A stretch of 64,000 nucleotides of DNA from Acidimicrobiales bacterium (GCA_029246685.1 JAQWMR010000016.1:710877-774876); one strand, 5' to 3'. Shown: positions 45,900 to 55,751, counted from the first letter of the stretch. Program-made: numbers and translations. Notes: generated by a model from the sequence alone, not told the origin.

Positions 45900-47084
45900 G
45901 TGCGTCTGTTCGACACCGCTCGCGGCGAGATCGTGCTGTTCGAGCCGGGCGAGGAAGTCTCCTTCTATGTCTGCGGCATCACGCCCTACGACTCGACCCA
46001 CCTCGGCCACGCCAACACCTACCTCACCTATGACCTCCTGATCCGGCGCCTCGAGGATCTCGGGCATCGCGTTCGCCTGATCCGCAACGTCACCGACGTG
46101 GACGACTCGATCCTGCCGAAGGCCCGCGAGCTCGGCATCGACTTCCTCGAGCTCGCCGCCGCCGAAACCGCGCGGTTCCACGGCGACATGGAGGCGCTCG
46201 ACACCCGGCCGGTGGAGCGGGAACCCCACGCGACGAAGTGGGTGACGCAGATGGTGGATCTCATCGCCACGCTCGACGATCGAGGCCACACGTATCAGGT
46301 GGACGGCACCGTCTTCTTCGACGTGTCGACCTTCCCGTCCTTCGGCGCAGTCTCGGGATACGACGAGGCGACGATGGTCGAGCTCGCAGCCGAGCGCGGT
46401 GGCCACCCGGACGACCCGCGCCAGCGCAACCCGCTGGATTTCATCCTGTGGCAGCCCTCGCTCGACGACGAGCCGAGCTGGGACTCGCCATGGGGCGCAG
46501 GCCGGCCCGGCTGGCACATCGAGTGCAGCGCGATGTCCATGGGGATTCTCGGCCCGACCATCGACCTCCATGGCGGCGGCAGCGACCTGATCTTCCCGCA
46601 TCACGAATGTGAACGGGCCCAGAGCGAAGCGGCCACCGGCGAGACGTTCGTCGGGCACTGGATGCACTGCGGCATGGTGGCCTACGAAGGCACGAAGATG
46701 TCGAAGTCGCTCGGCAACCTCGTCTTCGTGAGCGAGCTCTCCAAGACCGCCGACCCGCGTGCGATCCGGCTGGCGCTGATGGGTCACCACTATCGCGAGG
46801 ACTGGGAGTGGTTCGACAGCGACATCGACGCGGCGACCGCCCTTCTCGAACGTCTCGTGGCCGCCGCGGATGCGCCGGCCGGCCCCGACCCTGCCCCCTA
46901 TGCCGATCGGTTGCGGGCCGCGTTGGACGACGATCTGGACGCACCAGCGGCGCGCTCCGTCTTGGCGGAGCTGGCCGACGCGATATCCATGGGTGGCGAC
47001 GATGCGTCGGCGCCTACCATGTTGGCCGAGTTGGGTGCGCTCTGCGGCGTCCGCTTGGACCGTCCGGTCGCTCCGCTCGTCTGA
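45900..47084 (+). CDS. mshC: MshC-like cysteine ligase (L-Cys:GlcN-Ins ligase, CysRS paralogue lacking the anticodon-binding domain)
   Basis: 394 aa. HLGHA and KMSKS class-I motifs, NVTDVDDSIL, ERGGHPDDP..NPLDFILW, GGGSDLIFPHHE, GHHYREDW and LDDDLDAP all follow the MshC pattern as I recall it. Confidence 0.75.
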   Translation: MRLFDTARGEIVLFEPGEEVSFYVCGITPYDSTHLGHANTYLTYDLLIRRLEDLGHRVRLIRNVTDVDDSILPKARELGIDFLELAAAETARFHGDMEALDTRPVEREPHATKWVTQMVDLIATLDDRGHTYQVDGTVFFDVSTFPSFGAVSGYDEATMVELAAERGGHPDDPRQRNPLDFILWQPSLDDEPSWDSPWGAGRPGWHIECSAMSMGILGPTIDLHGGGSDLIFPHHECERAQSEAATGETFVGHWMHCGMVAYEGTKMSKSLGNLVFVSELSKTADPRAIRLALMGHHYREDWEWFDSDIDAATALLERLVAAADAPAGPDPAPYADRLRAALDDDLDAPAARSVLAELADAISMGGDDASAPTMLAELGALCGVRLDRPVAPLV

Positions 47085-47098
47085 CTCCACCGACCACC

Positions 47099-48475
47099 AT
47101 GCGCCTCTACGACACGCTCACCGACGAGATCCGTCCGCTCGAACTGCGCGACGAGGGCCACCTGAGCCTCTACGCGTGCGGGCCGACTGTCTACGATCAC
47201 CCGCACCTCGGCCACGCCCGCCAAGCGATGACCTACGACATCATCCGGCGCTACCTCGAGTGGACCGGCATCGAGGTGCTCCACGCCGCGAACGTCACGG
47301 ACATCGACGACAACATCATCAACAGGGCCACCAGCGAAGGATCGACCGAGCCCGAGATCGCCGCGACCTGGAAAGACATCTACGACGCCGCGATCTTCGA
47401 CGGCCTCGACATCCTGCGGCCCCACGTACGGCCCCACGCGACCGAGTACGTCGAGCAGATGGTGTCGTTCGTCGAGACACTCGTCGACAACGATTCGGCC
47501 TACGCGAACGACTCCGGCGTCTACCTTCGGGTCGCACAGGTGGACGGCTACGGCGCGCTCGTCCATCGCTCGCTCGACGACCTGCGGGAGGGCGTTGGAG
47601 CCCGCGTCGAGGTGGACGAGAACAAGGAAGACCCGCTCGACTTCGCCCTCTGGAAGGCCGCCAAACCGGGCGAACCGACGTGGCCCTCCCCGTGGGGCGA
47701 CGGACGGCCCGGCTGGCACATCGAGTGCGTCGCGATGAGCCTCGATGTCCTCGGTGACGGCTTCGACCTGCACGGCGGAGGCACCGACCTCGTGTTCCCG
47801 CACCACACCAACGAGCGGGCCGAGGCGATCGCGGCCGGACGGCACTTCGCCCGCCATTGGATGCACAACGCGATGCTCAACATCGACGGCGAGAAGATGT
47901 CGAAGTCGCTGAACAACTTCCGCACGATCCAGGACCTTCTCGATGAGCACCCCCTCAACGGGCGAGCGCTGCGGCTGCTGCTGCTCCAGACGCACTACCG
48001 CAAGACGATGGAGATCAATGCCGACGTGATGGCGCAGGCCCGCGGCGCGATCGAGCGACTCGACGCGATGGCGCGAAAGGCGGATGCCGCGGGGACGGAG
48101 CTGTCCGAAGCGGAGCCCGACGAGGCCGCTGTGGCGTCGTTTCGCGCGGCAATGGACGACGACATGGGCACTCCGGAGGCCGTGGCCACGATTTTCGAGA
48201 CTGTGCGGCGGGCCAACGTCGCTCTCGATGCAGGCGAAGACGCCGCCGCGCTGGTTATCACAGTCATCGACCTCGCCGGGGCACTCGGCGTCCGAGTCGG
48301 CGAGGACGAACCGGCCGGCGACGACGACGGCGAGATCGACGGGCTCGTCACCGCACGAACGGACGCGAGAGCGGCGAAGGACTTCGCCGAGGCTGACAGG
48401 CTCCGAGATGAACTGACGGCCCGCGGCATCGTTGTCGAGGACACTCCAACCGGACCGGTCTGGCACCGGAGTTAG
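47099..48475 (+). CDS. cysS: Cysteine--tRNA ligase
   Basis: 458 aa from ATG 47099 (MRLYDTLT..). HLGHA, GWHIEC, KMSKS, plus a C-terminal helical anticodon-binding domain ending ..RDELTARGIVVEDTPTGPVW. Confidence 0.95.
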   Translation: MRLYDTLTDEIRPLELRDEGHLSLYACGPTVYDHPHLGHARQAMTYDIIRRYLEWTGIEVLHAANVTDIDDNIINRATSEGSTEPEIAATWKDIYDAAIFDGLDILRPHVRPHATEYVEQMVSFVETLVDNDSAYANDSGVYLRVAQVDGYGALVHRSLDDLREGVGARVEVDENKEDPLDFALWKAAKPGEPTWPSPWGDGRPGWHIECVAMSLDVLGDGFDLHGGGTDLVFPHHTNERAEAIAAGRHFARHWMHNAMLNIDGEKMSKSLNNFRTIQDLLDEHPLNGRALRLLLLQTHYRKTMEINADVMAQARGAIERLDAMARKADAAGTELSEAEPDEAAVASFRAAMDDDMGTPEAVATIFETVRRANVALDAGEDAAALVITVIDLAGALGVRVGEDEPAGDDDGEIDGLVTARTDARAAKDFAEADRLRDELTARGIVVEDTPTGPVWHRS

Positions 48476-48479
48476 CACG

Positions 48480-48991
48480 ATGACTCGAGGCGGCGATATC
48501 CCCGATGGCCTCGAGATTCTGGACACCATCGGTGAGGTGATCGTGGCCGGCGAGGCGCCCGTCGAGGAACCGACCCGGGCCGCACGATCGAACGCTCCGA
48601 CGAAGGGCTCAACGAGCCGGACATCGAGGACGTACAGATCTGGGCGCTCTACTTCGCGGCTCCCTGGCAGATGACTGGAACACCAAAACTCGACATCTGG
48701 GTCGCCGCCGAGGACTTCGATCACGACTCCACGAGCATCATCGGGTTACATCTCGCCGGGTGCGACGGCGCGCTGAACTGCACGACACTGTCGAAGCAGC
48801 GGCAATCGTTCGAGCAGAACGACTTCGGTGAGGACTTCGGCCTGCTCACCGTGACCATGCCCGCGATCGACGAGCTCATCGATGCAAGGTCATGGGTGGC
48901 GTTGGGAATCGTCGTTCCCGACGACTCCGAGGACGACGTTTGGCTCGCGTTCGACACGACGCGTCACCCGGCCCGCGGCTACCTGAACTGA
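48480..48991 (+). pseudogene. Hypothetical protein, apparent 1-nt frameshift near 48574-48579
   Basis: MTRGGDIPDGLEILDTIGEVIVAGEAPVEEPT (frame of ATG 48480) continues with good GC3 as PGRTIERSDEGLNEPDIEDVQIWALYFAAPWQMTGTPKLDIWVAAEDFDHD.. in the frame of ORF 48671..48991. The junction is at ACCCGGG. Confidence 0.4.
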
Positions 48992-48993
48992 TC

Positions 48994-50529
48994 TCACGTT
49001 CCGACGTCGCCGACGGCGAAGATCCAGCCCGCCCTTGTGCCGACGACGACGCGGCCATCCCACACCGCGGGGGTGGATTCGATGCAGCCGCCGAGCGAGA
49101 TCTCCCAGAGAAGTGGTGGCTCGACGGTCGTGTCGCTGACATCGAAGGCGCGGAGAACACCGGCACAGTCGCCTTGGATCCAGACGTCGTCGACGATCAC
49201 CGGCGACGCCCACGTCGGCCCGCCGAGCTGCATGGTCCAGCGCTCCTCGCCGGTGTCGCGGTCGAGGCCGAGGATCTTCCCGGTATCGGTGGGGACGATG
49301 AGCAGGTCGCGATGCAGGCCAGGGGTCGCCCAGACGCCCGAGTCGAGGCGGGGCCGCTCGTCGACTCCCCAGACCAGCGGATTGTCGGGCTGCGACGGGT
49401 CGAGCTTGATGATCTGTCCGACCTCTTGGCTGCGGGCGTTTCCCCGCTCGTACTCGATGCCGGCATAGATCATGCCGAGTTCGTCGATTACCAGCGTGGC
49501 GTCGATGTCGTCGCCGGCCCAGTAGCGGAAGACCTGCGTGGGCTCGACCCCCGCGGCGAGGTCGGTGATGTCCCAACCCTGGATCAACCCACCCGAGTTC
49601 GCGAAGTAGACGGTGTTGCCGGAGATCGCGACCGAGCTCTCGATCGAGACATTGCCACCCACGACCCGGAGCAGTTCGTCGTCCCACCCCGGTGTGTTGA
49701 ACACGAGCTCCGGGTCAGCAGTGACGAAACCGGCCTCGTCGTAGCCACGGTTCAGCTTCACGATGTGGAACTGTGAGTTCTCGCCCCCGATGAAGAGGAA
49801 GTCGTCGACGATCAGACCGGCGCCGTCCCAGTCGTTGTTCCATCGGGTGGGCGACACATCGGACGCGTTGAGTGCCCACAGCCCCTCTGGTTCGTCCCGA
49901 TCGAACGCGACCACTCGGTAGAAGTTGTCGCGGCTCCCCGTGTAGAGGAGGGGGAACCCATCGGGATCGATCGTCACCGACCCCTTGATGATGTCACCGG
50001 TCGGAAAGTCCGGAAGGAGGCGGGCGCCGTCATCCGCGTCGAGGAAATGAACGTTGCGGCTGTATGCGCCGACGGCGACCCAGGTCGTGCCGTCGCGCTC
50101 GAAGATCGCCGGCTGACCGGTCCAGCCCGAGCCACACCAGTTGATCACCTCGCTCCCGACCGACGAGTTCGAACACATCGCGGAACCCTCGGGGAACTGC
50201 CACACGACCTCCGGGTCCGTGGGGACCGGGCCCGCGCCGTAGAAGGTCCGAGTCGGGTTGCCCCGGAAGGTGAGGAGCCCCTCGACGGCCTCACCCCATG
50301 GCATCCCGGACGACTCCGGATCGACCCAGCCATCGTACGGGGGCTCGGTCGTCGTGGTCGTCGTCGTTGTGGTGGTCGTGGTGGTCGTGGTGGTCGAGAT
50401 CGTTGTCGTCGTGTCCGGCCCGGTATCGACCGCGGGGTCGTCGGTTGGGCTCGGCCAGATGAGCATGAGCAACAGCAGCGCCGTCACCGCTGCAAGGAAG
50501 ATGTTGAGCCGCCGGACGATGGGGCTCAC
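48994..50529 (-). CDS. Membrane-anchored PQQ-like beta-propeller repeat protein with poly-Thr linker
   Basis: 511 aa. N-terminal TM (LNIFLAAVTALLLLMLIW), a Thr run encoded at 50347-50412, then repeated beta-propeller blades (..VYFANSGGLIQGWD.., ..GKILGLDRDTGEERW.., ..GVLRAFD..). Confidence 0.75.
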   Translation of the reverse strand: MSPIVRRLNIFLAAVTALLLLMLIWPSPTDDPAVDTGPDTTTTISTTTTTTTTTTTTTTTTEPPYDGWVDPESSGMPWGEAVEGLLTFRGNPTRTFYGAGPVPTDPEVVWQFPEGSAMCSNSSVGSEVINWCGSGWTGQPAIFERDGTTWVAVGAYSRNVHFLDADDGARLLPDFPTGDIIKGSVTIDPDGFPLLYTGSRDNFYRVVAFDRDEPEGLWALNASDVSPTRWNNDWDGAGLIVDDFLFIGGENSQFHIVKLNRGYDEAGFVTADPELVFNTPGWDDELLRVVGGNVSIESSVAISGNTVYFANSGGLIQGWDITDLAAGVEPTQVFRYWAGDDIDATLVIDELGMIYAGIEYERGNARSQEVGQIIKLDPSQPDNPLVWGVDERPRLDSGVWATPGLHRDLLIVPTDTGKILGLDRDTGEERWTMQLGGPTWASPVIVDDVWIQGDCAGVLRAFDVSDTTVEPPLLWEISLGGCIESTPAVWDGRVVVGTRAGWIFAVGDVGT

Positions 50530-51257
50530 ACCACCAGTCGAAGTTGCCGAACCGTAGGCTCCGCCGGGTGACTGTTCGCCCCACCCCGCCGACGAGAGTC
50601 CTGCTTTGGCGCGGGCTGACGCGGGCGTGCGCGGTGTGTGGTCGACGCGGGCTGACCAGCCGATGGGTGACGCTGACGGCCCAGTGCCCGCGGTGCGGCT
50701 TCGAGTTCGAGCGCAAGCCGGGGCACTTCATCGGTGCGGTCGGCATGAACACCATCGTCACGTTCGGGCTCTTGCTCGCCTCCGTCGTGGGCGGCGTGAT
50801 CGTCATGTGGCCGACGCCGGAGTTCGTCCCCCTCATCGCGGTCACGTTGCCGGTTGCGATCTTCGTCCCGGTGCTCTTCCACGTCACCGCCAAGACGCTG
50901 TGGGTCGCCATCGATCTCACCATGAAGCCGCTCGGGCCCGACGAGGCCGTCGGTGGATCCGAGGAACGCTCGACGCAACAAGGGTGACCGGACGGAGCTG
51001 ACGGCGTCTGGCAGCTCCGCTAGTTCGCGGCGCGGCACCCAGTCCGGCGCAGCGTCGCTGCGCGCCGAGCGGCGATCGACCAACGTCCATCCAGAGGGCG
51101 GCTTCGATCGAGCGAGATGCTCATCGCACAGCGGCGTTCCGTAGCGTTCGCCAGTGGGATCGTCGAGCGAGACGAGCTCCGTTCGACGCTCGGTGCGGTG
51201 CAGCAGCAGCACGCCGGCCCGAGGACGAGAGCATCCAGGGCGAGCGCACGAGGCCAT
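50526..51257 (-). CDS. DUF3499-domain protein (3' end uncertain)
   Basis: From ATG 51257: MASCARPGCSRPRAGVLLLHRTERRTELVSLDDPTGERYGTPLCDEHLARSKPPSGWTLVDRR.. matches DUF3499. Coding-like composition ends near 50935, but the frame has no stop until 50526, fully antisense to the DUF983 gene. Confidence 0.45.
   Translation of the reverse strand: MASCARPGCSRPRAGVLLLHRTERRTELVSLDDPTGERYGTPLCDEHLARSKPPSGWTLVDRRSARSDAAPDWVPRRELAELPDAVSSVRSPLLRRAFLGSTDGLVGPERLHGEIDGDPQRLGGDVEEHRDEDRNRQRDRDEGDELRRRPHDDHAAHDGGEQEPERDDGVHADRTDEVPRLALELEAAPRALGRQRHPSAGQPASTTHRARPRQPAPKQDSRRRGGANSHPAEPTVRQLRLVV
50544..50987 (+). CDS. DUF983-like zinc-ribbon membrane protein
   Basis: CAVCG..(15)..CPRCG zinc ribbon followed by two or three TM helices (GMNTIVTFGLLLASVVGGVIVMW, VPLIAVTLPVAIFVPVLF). 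The start is uncertain. Confidence 0.55.
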   Translation: MPNRRLRRVTVRPTPPTRVLLWRGLTRACAVCGRRGLTSRWVTLTAQCPRCGFEFERKPGHFIGAVGMNTIVTFGLLLASVVGGVIVMWPTPEFVPLIAVTLPVAIFVPVLFHVTAKTLWVAIDLTMKPLGPDEAVGGSEERSTQQG

Positions 51258-51321
51258 GCGGCGACCGTACCGGCGCGTCGGGCCCAACCGGTGGACAGGC
51301 AGCTGAGTACGATTCGCTCCC

Positions 51322-52002
51322 ATGATCGTTGCCTTCGACGCCGATGACACGCTGTGGCACAACGAGGACAAGTTCCAGGAGACGCATCGAGAGTTCGAAG
51401 CGCTGCTCGCTCCGTGGGCGGAAGCGGCTGCGGTCGAGGAGCAACTCACGTCGGTGCAGCGAACGAACCTGCCGCGCTACGGCTTCGGGGCGAAGTCGTT
51501 CATGTTGTCGATGATGGAGACGGCGCTCGACATCTCCGACCATGAGGCACCGCCGGAGACGCTGCGAGAGATCATCCGGCTCGGTCAGGCCATCCTCGAT
51601 CGCCCGACGCAGTTGCTCGAGGGCGTACCGGAGGTGCTTGCATCGCTCAGTAACTTCACCCTGATGATGATCACCAAGGGCGATCTCTATGCTCAGCTGT
51701 CGAGCATCGAGAAGAGTGGACTCGCGGATCACTTCTGGCGGATCGACGTCGTCGCCCACAAGGACGCGGCGACCTACGCCGAGGTACTCGAGCGTCACGA
51801 TGTCCCCATCGAACGATTCGTGATGGTCGGCAACTCGGTCAAGTCCGATGTGCTGCCGGTTCTGGAGCTGGGCGGACGGTCCGTGCATGTGCCGTACCAC
51901 GTCACATGGACGCTCGAAACGGCCGAGGACGACCACGGCCAAGAGTTCCCCACGCTCGAACGGCTTGCCGACCTTCCCGAACTTCTGGAGTCCTGGTCAT
52001 GA
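51322..52002 (+). CDS. HAD-superfamily hydrolase (subfamily IA-like)
   Basis: 226 aa; MIVAFDADDTLW motif I, MITKGD, VGNSVKSD motif IV. Confidence 0.85.
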   Translation: MIVAFDADDTLWHNEDKFQETHREFEALLAPWAEAAAVEEQLTSVQRTNLPRYGFGAKSFMLSMMETALDISDHEAPPETLREIIRLGQAILDRPTQLLEGVPEVLASLSNFTLMMITKGDLYAQLSSIEKSGLADHFWRIDVVAHKDAATYAEVLERHDVPIERFVMVGNSVKSDVLPVLELGGRSVHVPYHVTWTLETAEDDHGQEFPTLERLADLPELLESWS

Positions 52003-52450
52003 GTGGATGGCAGCTCGCCCAACTGAACGTGGCCACGCTCCGGATGCCGATCGAACACGCGGACAGCGCGGAGTTCGCCGACAACCTCGAACCCGTCAAC
52101 GCGATCGCCGAGTCGAGCCCCGGCTACGTGTGGCGGCTGCAGGACGAAGCCGGGAACGCCACCTCGTTCAACCGCGCGACGACCCGTTGCGAATCCTAAA
52201 CCTGTCCGTGTGGGAGACGGTGGAGGATCTGCGGGCATTCACCTACGACGAGCGTCACGTGGCGTTCATGCGTCGGCGTCGTGCGTGGTTCGAGGCGCAT
52301 GTGGACGTCTACTTCGTCATGTGGTGGGTACCCGCCGGCCATGAGCCCACGATCGAGGAGGCGGAGGGGCGGCTGGCGATGATCGCGTCCGACGGCCCCA
52401 GCCGGGACGCGTTCAACTTTATGCTGACGTTTCCCCCTCCTGGCCAATGA
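51999..52450 (+). pseudogene. DUF3291-domain protein with a 1-nt frameshift near 52171-52178
   Basis: MSGWQLAQLNVATLRMPIEHADSAEFADNLEPVNAIAESSPGYVWRLQDEAGNATSFN (frame of ATG 51999) continues as RDDPLRILNLSVWETVEDLRAFTYDERHVAFMRRRRAWFEAHVDVYFVMWWVPAGHEPTIEEA.. in the frame of ORF 51848..52450. The junction is in the CCGCGCG repeat. Confidence 0.6.
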
Positions 52451-52806
52451 GGCGCCTCGAAGGTCCGGAGTTGGCTCGATACGACCTCGTCGATCCGGAC
52501 ATCGCTGCTCGAGCCCGCATCCTGACGGTTCCCTTCCTGGCCCCCGGCGCGTCGGGAATGACAATCGGCCGCTTCGTCTTTCTGCGCCGCGACCACGAAC
52601 GGGGCGGCGGGAGAGAGTTGCTAGCCCACGAGCTCGTGCACGTCCGCCAGTACGCGGAAGCCGGAACGATCCGGTTCCTGCTCGGGTATCTCCGCGACTA
52701 CGTCGGCGCGCTGAGGCGCCTCCGCAACCATCGCGCCGCCTATCTGGCGATCCCCGCCGAGGCCGAGGCGCGCGCCGAGGCGGAGGCCTGGGCCGCCCGC
52801 TCGTGA
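52447..52806 (+). CDS. DUF4157-like putative zinc metallopeptidase domain protein
   Basis: 119 aa; GMTIGRFVFLRRD...LLAHELVHVRQY. The ATG overlaps the preceding stop. Confidence 0.55.
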   Translation: MRRLEGPELARYDLVDPDIAARARILTVPFLAPGASGMTIGRFVFLRRDHERGGGRELLAHELVHVRQYAEAGTIRFLLGYLRDYVGALRRLRNHRAAYLAIPAEAEARAEAEAWAARS

Positions 52807-52857
52807 CGCTCGTCATACTGCGCCGCGGCTGAGCGATCCCGTCCTACCCTCCAACGG

Positions 52858-54288
52858 GTGCTCCTCCTCGACCCACCCGCTCGGCAGTACTCGCCGAGGG
52901 TGGTCCAGGTCGTCGCTCTCATCGGCGTCGCGGCGAGCTCGTTCACCATCACGGTCCTGTCGGCGGCGCTTCCGGACATCGCCGATGACCTGAACTCCTC
53001 GACCGGCACGGTCACCTGGGTCATCGCCGGGCCGCTGCTCGCGTTCGCGGTCTTCACTCCGATGGCCGGCAAACTCGGGGACCTCTACGGCCATCGCCGG
53101 ATGTACCTGCTCGGCTTCGCCGGTGCCGCCGTCATGTCATTCGTCACCGCGGCAGCACCCAACGCAGGCTTCCTGATCGGGGCACGCATCGTGGCACAAG
53201 CGTTCTCGTCCTCGACGGGCCCCTCCGCCCTCGCGCTGATGATGCAGGCGTTCCCCGACGCCAAGCGCACCTCAGTCGCCGGTGTCTGGAGCGCCGTGCT
53301 GGCCGCGTCGCCGGCGCTCGGTGTGGTCATCGGCGGCCCGCTGATCGACGCGACAAGCTGGCGGACACTCTTCATCCTTCAGGGCACCGGCATGGCGGTG
53401 GCGGTCATCGCCGCGTCACGAGTGCTGCCGGACAGCGAGCGTCGCGACGATCTCACGTTCGACCTTCTCGGTGGGCTGTTCCTCGCGGCTGGCATCGCCG
53501 CGATCCTCATTCCCCTCAATCGGGCGACGTCGCTCGGCTGGACCCACCCGCTCGGCGTCGGCGGGCTTCTCAGCGCGCCCGCGCTCCTCATCGCGTTCGC
53601 GTGGTGGGAGCGACGAACGCCGCATCCACTCATCGAGCTCGCCGTCCTCCGGGAACGCAACGTCGCCCTCCCGCTCGTCAGCCAGCTGTTCCTAAACGGG
53701 CCCTATATGGCCGGGCTCGTTATCACGTCGCTGATGCTCGGCGCCGATTCGACGTTCGCCTACACGACGACGGCGATCTCGCTCCTCATCCTTCCCCGGC
53801 CGATCATGTTCGCGCTCGGCGCTTGGATCGCCGGCTGGTTCGTCGAGCGGTTCGGCGCGCGCCCGGTCGTCGTCCTCGGATGCACCGGCATCGCCGGCGG
53901 ACTCTTCCTGGTGGGCGTCGGCGCGGTCACGACACAGATCGGCTTCGTCATCGCGGGTGTCGGGCTTGCTGGTGCGGGCAGCGGCGTCGCCCGTCCGCCG
54001 ATCATCGCCGCGCTCACCGACGCGGTCGGAGACCGGGACCTCGGTGTCGGCACCGGCATGCTCAACATGGCCGGTCAGATCGGGGCCGCAGCCGGTATCA
54101 GCCTGCTTTCTGCTCTCGTCACGGACGAGAGCACGCCCAACCGTTTCCGGGTGGTCTTCGTGATCGCCGCGGCAGTGGCGCTGGTCGCCATCGGCACCGC
54201 AGGCGCGATCCGCTTCACCCGCGACCTCGCGACCCCCAAGCCGACCCCATCCCCGACAGCCCCCTACTCCGCCACGATCGAGCGCTAA
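52858..54288 (+). CDS. MFS transporter, 14-TM DHA2/EmrB-like
   Basis: 476 aa; about 14 hydrophobic segments and a GKLGDLYGHRRM motif-A-like loop. Confidence 0.9.
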   Translation: MLLLDPPARQYSPRVVQVVALIGVAASSFTITVLSAALPDIADDLNSSTGTVTWVIAGPLLAFAVFTPMAGKLGDLYGHRRMYLLGFAGAAVMSFVTAAAPNAGFLIGARIVAQAFSSSTGPSALALMMQAFPDAKRTSVAGVWSAVLAASPALGVVIGGPLIDATSWRTLFILQGTGMAVAVIAASRVLPDSERRDDLTFDLLGGLFLAAGIAAILIPLNRATSLGWTHPLGVGGLLSAPALLIAFAWWERRTPHPLIELAVLRERNVALPLVSQLFLNGPYMAGLVITSLMLGADSTFAYTTTAISLLILPRPIMFALGAWIAGWFVERFGARPVVVLGCTGIAGGLFLVGVGAVTTQIGFVIAGVGLAGAGSGVARPPIIAALTDAVGDRDLGVGTGMLNMAGQIGAAAGISLLSALVTDESTPNRFRVVFVIAAAVALVAIGTAGAIRFTRDLATPKPTPSPTAPYSATIER

Positions 54289-54297
54289 GCGACGTCT

Positions 54298-54330
54298 TGT
54301 GTAACGCGGGGTCTGACCCCCCGTTACACA
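54298..54330. terminator. Hairpin TGTGTAACGCGGGG-TCTGA-CCCCCCGTTACACA (palindromic-core family), bidirectional terminator
   Basis: Lies between the convergent stops of the MFS gene (54288) and hbd (54332). 14-nt arms with one mismatch. Confidence 0.7.
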
Positions 54331-54331
54331 A

Positions 54332-55192
54332 TCAGTAGGGGTAGAAGCCTTGGCCGGATTTGCGGCCGAGTTGGCCGGCGCTCACCATGCGGCGCAGAAG
54401 CGGCGGCGCCGCGAGGAAGCGTTCGGCGTATTCCTCGTGGAGCGATTCGGCGGCCATGAGAAGGACGTCGAGGCCGACGAGATCCGAGAGCGTGAGCGGG
54501 CCCATCGGGTGGCCGGCACCGAGCTGCATCGCCTCATCGATGTCTTCGGCGGTCGCGTGGCCGGCTTCGAACATCGCAATCGCCTGACACAGGTACGGGA
54601 TGAGCAAGGCGTTCACGACGAAGCCAGACCGGTCCTTGCACACGACCACCCGCTTCTCGAGTTGCTCAGTGGCGAAATCCGAGACGGCCTGCAGTACGAC
54701 CGGGTCGGTCCGCTGCGTCTCGATCACCTCGACGAGCTTCATCACGGGCGCCGGGTTGAAGAAGTGCATACCGCACACCTGCTCCGGTCGCCCGGTCGCC
54801 ATGGCGATGTCGATGATCGGGATCGATGAGGTGTTCGTGGCCAGAATCGCGTTGTCGCGAACCACACCGTCGAGCTCCTGGAAGATCGACAGCTTCAGCT
54901 CCCGAATTTCCGGCGCCGCTTCGATGATCAGATCGCATCCAGCGAGATCCGCGATCTCTGTGGTCCAGCTGATCGAGCCGGCCGCCGCGTCGCGGTCGTC
55001 GGCTTCGAGCTTGCCCCGCTCCACCGCCTTGTCGAGCGAGCCCTCGACGCGTAGCTGACCTGCTTCCACCGCCGCTGCGTTGATGTCGCGGGCCACGACC
55101 GACACGCCGGACGTGGCGATGACTTCGATGATGCCGGAGCCCATGGCTCCGGCGCCCACCACGCCGACCGTGCCGATCGCGGACCCGCTCAT
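54332..55192 (-). CDS. hbd: 3-hydroxybutyryl-CoA / 3-hydroxyacyl-CoA dehydrogenase
   Basis: 286 aa; VGVVGAGAMGSGI Rossmann motif, NTSSIPI, HFFNPAPVMKLVE, GFVVNALL. Confidence 0.9.
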   Translation of the reverse strand: MSGSAIGTVGVVGAGAMGSGIIEVIATSGVSVVARDINAAAVEAGQLRVEGSLDKAVERGKLEADDRDAAAGSISWTTEIADLAGCDLIIEAAPEIRELKLSIFQELDGVVRDNAILATNTSSIPIIDIAMATGRPEQVCGMHFFNPAPVMKLVEVIETQRTDPVVLQAVSDFATEQLEKRVVVCKDRSGFVVNALLIPYLCQAIAMFEAGHATAEDIDEAMQLGAGHPMGPLTLSDLVGLDVLLMAAESLHEEYAERFLAAPPLLRRMVSAGQLGRKSGQGFYPY

Positions 55193-55193
55193 C

Positions 55194-55751
55194 TCAGTCG
55201 GCTTCCTCGATGGTGACGGACTCGATGACGATGTCCGTGGCCGGGCGATCGCTGCGGTCGGTGTCGACCTGCTGCATGGCCTCGACGACTTCGATGCCCT
55301 TCACGACCTTGCCGAACAGCGAGTACTGGGGCGGCAGGCCGACCCCGCTCGCTCCCGAGACGATGAAGAACTGGCTGCCGTTCGTGTCAGGGCCGGCGTT
55401 CGCCATGGCGAGGGAGCCGATCTCGTACCGGCCAGGCGCCGGCAGTTCGTCCGCGAAGCGGTAACCGGGGCCACCACGGCCGGTACCGGTGGGGTCGCCG
55501 CCCTGGCACATGAAGCCGTTGATGATGCGATGGAAGATGATGCCATCGTAGTAGTGGTAGCGGGCGAGGGTCACGAAGTTGTTCACGGTCTTCGGGGCCG
55601 CGGCCGCGTCGAGCGCGATCACCATTTCGCCGAGCGAGGTGGTCATGGTCGCCGTGTAACGCTTGGCGGGGTCGATGCACATCTCGGGGGCCGAATCGAA
55701 CTCGCGTGTCTGCGGGCTCGAACCGTCGGCGTTCGGGCACGGGGTAGCCAT
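55194..55751 (-). CDS. Peptidyl-prolyl cis-trans isomerase (cyclophilin type)
   Basis: From ATG 55751; FHRIINGFMCQGGDPTGTGRGGPGY, MANAGPDTNGSQFFI. Confidence 0.9.
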   Translation of the reverse strand: MATPCPNADGSSPQTREFDSAPEMCIDPAKRYTATMTTSLGEMVIALDAAAAPKTVNNFVTLARYHYYDGIIFHRIINGFMCQGGDPTGTGRGGPGYRFADELPAPGRYEIGSLAMANAGPDTNGSQFFIVSGASGVGLPPQYSLFGKVVKGIEVVEAMQQVDTDRSDRPATDIVIESVTIEEAD

